From positions 576,001-640,000 of the forward strand of contig CAVUKB010000005.1 of the NCBI GenBank assembly GCA_963741955.1: DNA of 64,000 nt, in the 5' to 3' direction. Position 1 is the stretch's first letter, and the number at the start of each line of letters is the position of its first letter. This DNA is from an uncultured Acidobacteriota bacterium. GTDB lineage: Bacteria > Acidobacteriota > Thermoanaerobaculia > Gp7-AA8. This document shows positions 60,639-64,000 of this stretch, piece by piece. The notes beneath the pieces were generated by a model. That model was not told the origin of the DNA. It saw only the letters and a program-made list of their open reading frames with translations, and did no database searches. Position numbers and translations under genes: made by a program.

Positions 60639-62355
60639 CCCGGATTTCTCACAGTAGGGAGAAAAAGACCGCCGTTCCGTGCTATTAAGTTGAGTGTGCA
60701 CAACAACATCAACAGCACGGGAGGCGGCGGTATGAAGCAGACAGAGTGTAGCGGGAACGAGTTGCGATTCCAAGGGGTGGGAGGGCGTGAGATCGTCGCC
60801 AGGTTCGACGGTGGACAGCTCACTTCGGACGGGGGAGGGCTCCTGCTGCTCGAGACGGAAAGGCGGACGAGGATTCTGGAAAGGTTCGTCGGATGCTTTC
60901 GGGATTACCGAAAACGCACTTTGGTTCAGCACTCGCTCGAGTCGATGATCCGGCAGCGGGTGATGGGATTGGCTCTCGGATATGAAGATCTGAACGATCA
61001 CGATTCTCTGCGTGAGGATCCGCTGATCGGGACCTTATCGGGCAAATCGGATCCCAGGCAGCCGCTGGCGGGCAAGAGTACGCTGAACCGGTTGGAGTTG
61101 ACCCCGGATGGTCACGGGGAGGATCGATACAAGCGGATCGTCTATGACGGAAACGCGATTGATAAATTCTTCGTCGACGTGTTCTTAAAATCCAGGTCGA
61201 CTCCTCCGGATCAGATCGTGATTGATCTGGACACGACCGAGGACAGAATCCATGGGAATCAGGAGGGGCGATTTTTCCACGGCCACTACGGGTCGTACTG
61301 CTATCTGCCACTCTACGTGTTCTGTGGACAGGATCTGCTCTGCGCACGTCTGCGAGAGGCGAGCGTCGGACCTGCCGAGGGAACGGTCGAGGAACTCAGG
61401 CGGATCATTGGGCAGATCCGTGAGAGCTGGCCGGATGTGAAGATCGTGATTCGTGCTGATTCGGGATTCTGCTGCGACGAGATCCTGAGCTGGTGCGAGT
61501 CCGAAGGGATCGATTACGCGATCGGTCTGCCCAAGAACCGGCGCCTCGAGGCGATGATCGAGGCGGAGATGGCTCTGGTACGAGCCGAGTCGCAACATCT
61601 CTCCGAGGCGTGCCGCACCTACAAGGATCTGAACTACCGGACTCGCAAGAGCTGGAGCCGGTCCCGTCGTGTGGTGGCGAAAGCCGAGTACCTGGTGGAC
61701 AAAGCCAACGGCAGGTTCGTCGTAACGTCGCTCCCGGTGGAGGCGATGGCGGTGAAGCCGCTGTACGAAGAGCTCTACTGTGAGCGCGGAGAGATGGAGA
61801 ACCGAATCAAGGAACAGAAATGTTTTCTGTTTTCGGATCGGACCTCGGCGGCAACGATGAGAGCAAATCAGTTGCGGCTCTGGTTTTCTTCGGCGGCCTA
61901 TCTGCTGATGAATGCGTTGCGGCGGCTGGGACTGAAAGGAACCGAGCTGGCCACCGCTCAGTGCAACACAATTCGGCTGAAGCTGTTCAAGATCGGAGCA
62001 CGGATCCGCGTGACCACGCGCAAGATATGGATCTCACTCTCGAGTGGGTATCCGATGACGAAGCTGTTCGCGCTGGTCTGCAGCAACTTAGCTCTTGCCT
62101 CTCCCTGAAGGCGGATCGTTCCTCAACTCATCTTCCCGCAACCACGTCTGTTCAACTCTGAACCAGAGGAAACGTGTGTCTGAGCGTTGGCTGCACGATA
62201 CTGCCCGAACCTCCGCCGCCCTCCGGAACCAGCGCCCAGTCAAATAACTTCAGCCTTGTTCGACTCCAACTCTCCCCATTCCGGCAAAATCTACGCTGAA
62301 CGCCCCCTTCAGCTCCGGTTGAACTCCCCCAAAAGAGTCTTGTGAGAAATGCGGG
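60639..62355 (+). mobile_element. IS1380 family insertion sequence
   Basis: TIRs CCCGGATTTCTCACA / TGTGAGAAATGCGGG; CTAA target duplication on both sides. Confidence 0.92.
60732..62108 (+). CDS. IS1380 family transposase
   Basis: FDGGQLTSDGG, GYEDLNDHD.LR.DP, IRADSGF, YCERGEMENRIKEQK. Confidence 0.93.
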   Translation: MKQTECSGNELRFQGVGGREIVARFDGGQLTSDGGGLLLLETERRTRILERFVGCFRDYRKRTLVQHSLESMIRQRVMGLALGYEDLNDHDSLREDPLIGTLSGKSDPRQPLAGKSTLNRLELTPDGHGEDRYKRIVYDGNAIDKFFVDVFLKSRSTPPDQIVIDLDTTEDRIHGNQEGRFFHGHYGSYCYLPLYVFCGQDLLCARLREASVGPAEGTVEELRRIIGQIRESWPDVKIVIRADSGFCCDEILSWCESEGIDYAIGLPKNRRLEAMIEAEMALVRAESQHLSEACRTYKDLNYRTRKSWSRSRRVVAKAEYLVDKANGRFVVTSLPVEAMAVKPLYEELYCERGEMENRIKEQKCFLFSDRTSAATMRANQLRLWFSSAAYLLMNALRRLGLKGTELATAQCNTIRLKLFKIGARIRVTTRKIWISLSSGYPMTKLFALVCSNLALASP

Positions 62356-62457
62356 CTAACCCGAACGCGATCGATGGCGGAGCGCGGATGGCGGATGGCG
62401 GATTACAGATCCGAGATCTGACAGCTCAGACGCTTCTCCTCTGCTACCATCTTCCTG

Positions 62458-63171
62458 ATGATCCACTTCTACCATGTGACGAAGCGCTTCGATCGGGTCA
62501 CGACGGCGCTGGTGGACGTGAGCTTTCAGATCGAAAAGGGAGACTTCGTCTTCCTCACCGGTCCGAGCGGCGCCGGGAAGTCGACCCTTCTCCGGTTGAT
62601 CCTCCGGCAGCTGGTGCCGACGGAAGGACAGATCATCGTCAACGGCCGCAATCTCAACGCGCTGCGGCGGAATCAGCTCCCGATGTTCCGGCGCGAAGTC
62701 GGGATGGTGTTCCAGGATTTCAAGCTGATCGACCGGATGACGATCTTCGAGAACCTCTCGTTCGTGATGACGGTCCTCGGGATTCCGCAGAAGCAGCACA
62801 AGAAGAAGGTCTATTCGGTGCTCCGCACGGTCAATCTGCATCACCGGCTGAACGCGTTTCCGCTTCAGCTCTCGGGCGGTGAGCAGCAGCGAATCGCGAT
62901 CGCCAGGGCTCTGATCAACGACCCGATGGTGATCATCGCGGACGAGCCGACCGGCAACCTCGATCCCGATCTATCGGCCGAGATCATGGAGATCTTCCAC
63001 GACGCGAACATCCGCGGCTCGACGGTGCTGGTTGCGACGCACGACCGGGAGATGATCCGCCGTGCAGGCAAGAGGGTGATCACGCTCGAGCGGGGGCGTG
63101 TTGCGGAGGAGCGCTCCGCGGAGCCGCCCGCGCCCGAACCGGCGTCGGGTTCGCTCCTCAGCTGGTCCTGA
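62458..63171 (+). CDS. ftsE: Cell division ATP-binding protein FtsE
   Basis: FLTGPSGAGKST, VFQDFKL, LSGGEQQR, ADEPTGNLDP. Confidence 0.93.
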   Translation: MIHFYHVTKRFDRVTTALVDVSFQIEKGDFVFLTGPSGAGKSTLLRLILRQLVPTEGQIIVNGRNLNALRRNQLPMFRREVGMVFQDFKLIDRMTIFENLSFVMTVLGIPQKQHKKKVYSVLRTVNLHHRLNAFPLQLSGGEQQRIAIARALINDPMVIIADEPTGNLDPDLSAEIMEIFHDANIRGSTVLVATHDREMIRRAGKRVITLERGRVAEERSAEPPAPEPASGSLLSWS

Positions 63172-63258
63172 CCGGCGCGAAGCGACCGGCACTGGGCGGC
63201 CGGATACGCGAGCGCAACGCGGCGGAAAGAGCGCCATCCGCCTCCGCAGCGGAGACGG

Positions 63259-63277
63259 TGTGAGAAATCCGGGCTAA
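63259..63277. repeat. Solo IS1380-type end plus CTAA
   Basis: TGTGAGAAATCCGGG is the exact reverse complement of the left TIR at 60639-60653. Confidence 0.8.
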
Positions 63278-63286
63278 TATGAGCGC

Positions 63287-64000
63287 ATGTCCCGTCTCGA
63301 TCCGCAGGAGTCGCTGAGCAGCACGTTCGTCTACTTCCTGAAGGAAGCCTCCCGGCGGATGTGGATCTCCAAGCGCACCAGCTTCGTGGCCATCGCCATG
63401 ATCGCCATTGCGCTGATCACCCTGGGTGGCTTTCTCCTGATCGCGGAGAACCTCACCCGCGCGATCGAACGATGGGAAGCAAGCTCGCGCCTCTCCCTTT
63501 TTCTGGCCGACGACATCACGCAGCCGCAGATCGAGGCGATCAATCGCGACCTTTCGTCGCATCGCTACTTCGCCTCGCACCGCACCATCACGCGCCAGCA
63601 GGCGCTGGCGCGGTTCAAGAGCTACTATTCCGGTCTTTCCGGAGTGGTGGACGAGCTCGACGAAAACCCCTTCCCTGCGTCGATCGAGGTTCAGGTCACG
63701 CCGGAGGCCATTCATTCGCTCGACTTCGACGATGAGGTGTCGAGAGTCCGGCGACTTCCGGGGGTCGCGGACGTCCAGTACGACTGGGAATGGGTCGCGA
63801 AGCTCAAACGCGTGGTGAGCCTGATCGACACGTTCGGGATTCTGGCCGGCGGAGTCCTCGCGATCGCCGCCGCGTTCACCATCGCCAGCGTGATCCGGCT
63901 GACGATGGTTCTCTACCGGGAAGAGATCGACATCATGCGGCTGGTCGGTGCGACCGAGCGCATCGTGCGCGGACCCTTCCTGATGGAAGGAATCCTCGCG
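63287..64000 (+). CDS. ftsX: Cell division permease FtsX (runs off window edge)
   Basis: Manual translation: YFLKEASRRMW...ENPFPAS...IRLTMVLYREEIDIMRLVGATERIVRGPFLMEG. Confidence 0.9.
   Translation, partial: MSRLDPQESLSSTFVYFLKEASRRMWISKRTSFVAIAMIAIALITLGGFLLIAENLTRAIERWEASSRLSLFLADDITQPQIEAINRDLSSHRYFASHRTITRQQALARFKSYYSGLSGVVDELDENPFPASIEVQVTPEAIHSLDFDDEVSRVRRLPGVADVQYDWEWVAKLKRVVSLIDTFGILAGGVLAIAAAFTIASVIRLTMVLYREEIDIMRLVGATERIVRGPFLMEGILA

Noticed and set aside
62356-62457. Fluoride riboswitch upstream of crcB
   Set aside because: No GGCGATGG...-type consensus found on the minus strand on either side of the IS

Overview
GC-rich bacterial chromosome segment. The gene style suggests Acidobacteriota (Thermoanaerobaculia-like), but that is inference. 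Housekeeping blocks are lpdA, ftcD, an ABC exporter, hemH/hemE-hemN-hemY, PGM, the rimP-nusA-infB-rbfA-truB-rpsO-pnp cluster, rluD, nupC, a purine nucleoside phosphorylase, crcB and ftsEX. They flank a ~19-kb genomic island (21461-40474) integrated at the 3' end of tRNA-Glu(TTC) and bounded by a 33-bp direct repeat. The island is a decaying defence island: truncated integrase and radC, an IS4/IS701-like IS with a 24-bp palindromic target duplication, a type I R-M system broken by an ISL3-associated deletion, a YgjP/M48 protease and a GIY-YIG nuclease. It also holds an apparently intact CBASS locus: HTH and IrrE-type protease regulators (CapH/CapP-like), DUF2188, HNH-SAVED effector, CD-NTase and stand-alone E2/SEC-C, followed 15 bp later by an unexplained 613-aa protein with an OLD-type TOPRIM module. 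That extended CBASS is the best candidate for a new system. Other highlights: a selenoprotein disulfide oxidoreductase hidden by an in-frame UGA with a SECIS-like hairpin, a three-copy ~220-bp MITE-like repeat, a shared candidate operator in the CBASS promoters, a second IS1380 end that brackets ftsE, an internal duplication in NusA and many intergenic heptamer repeats.
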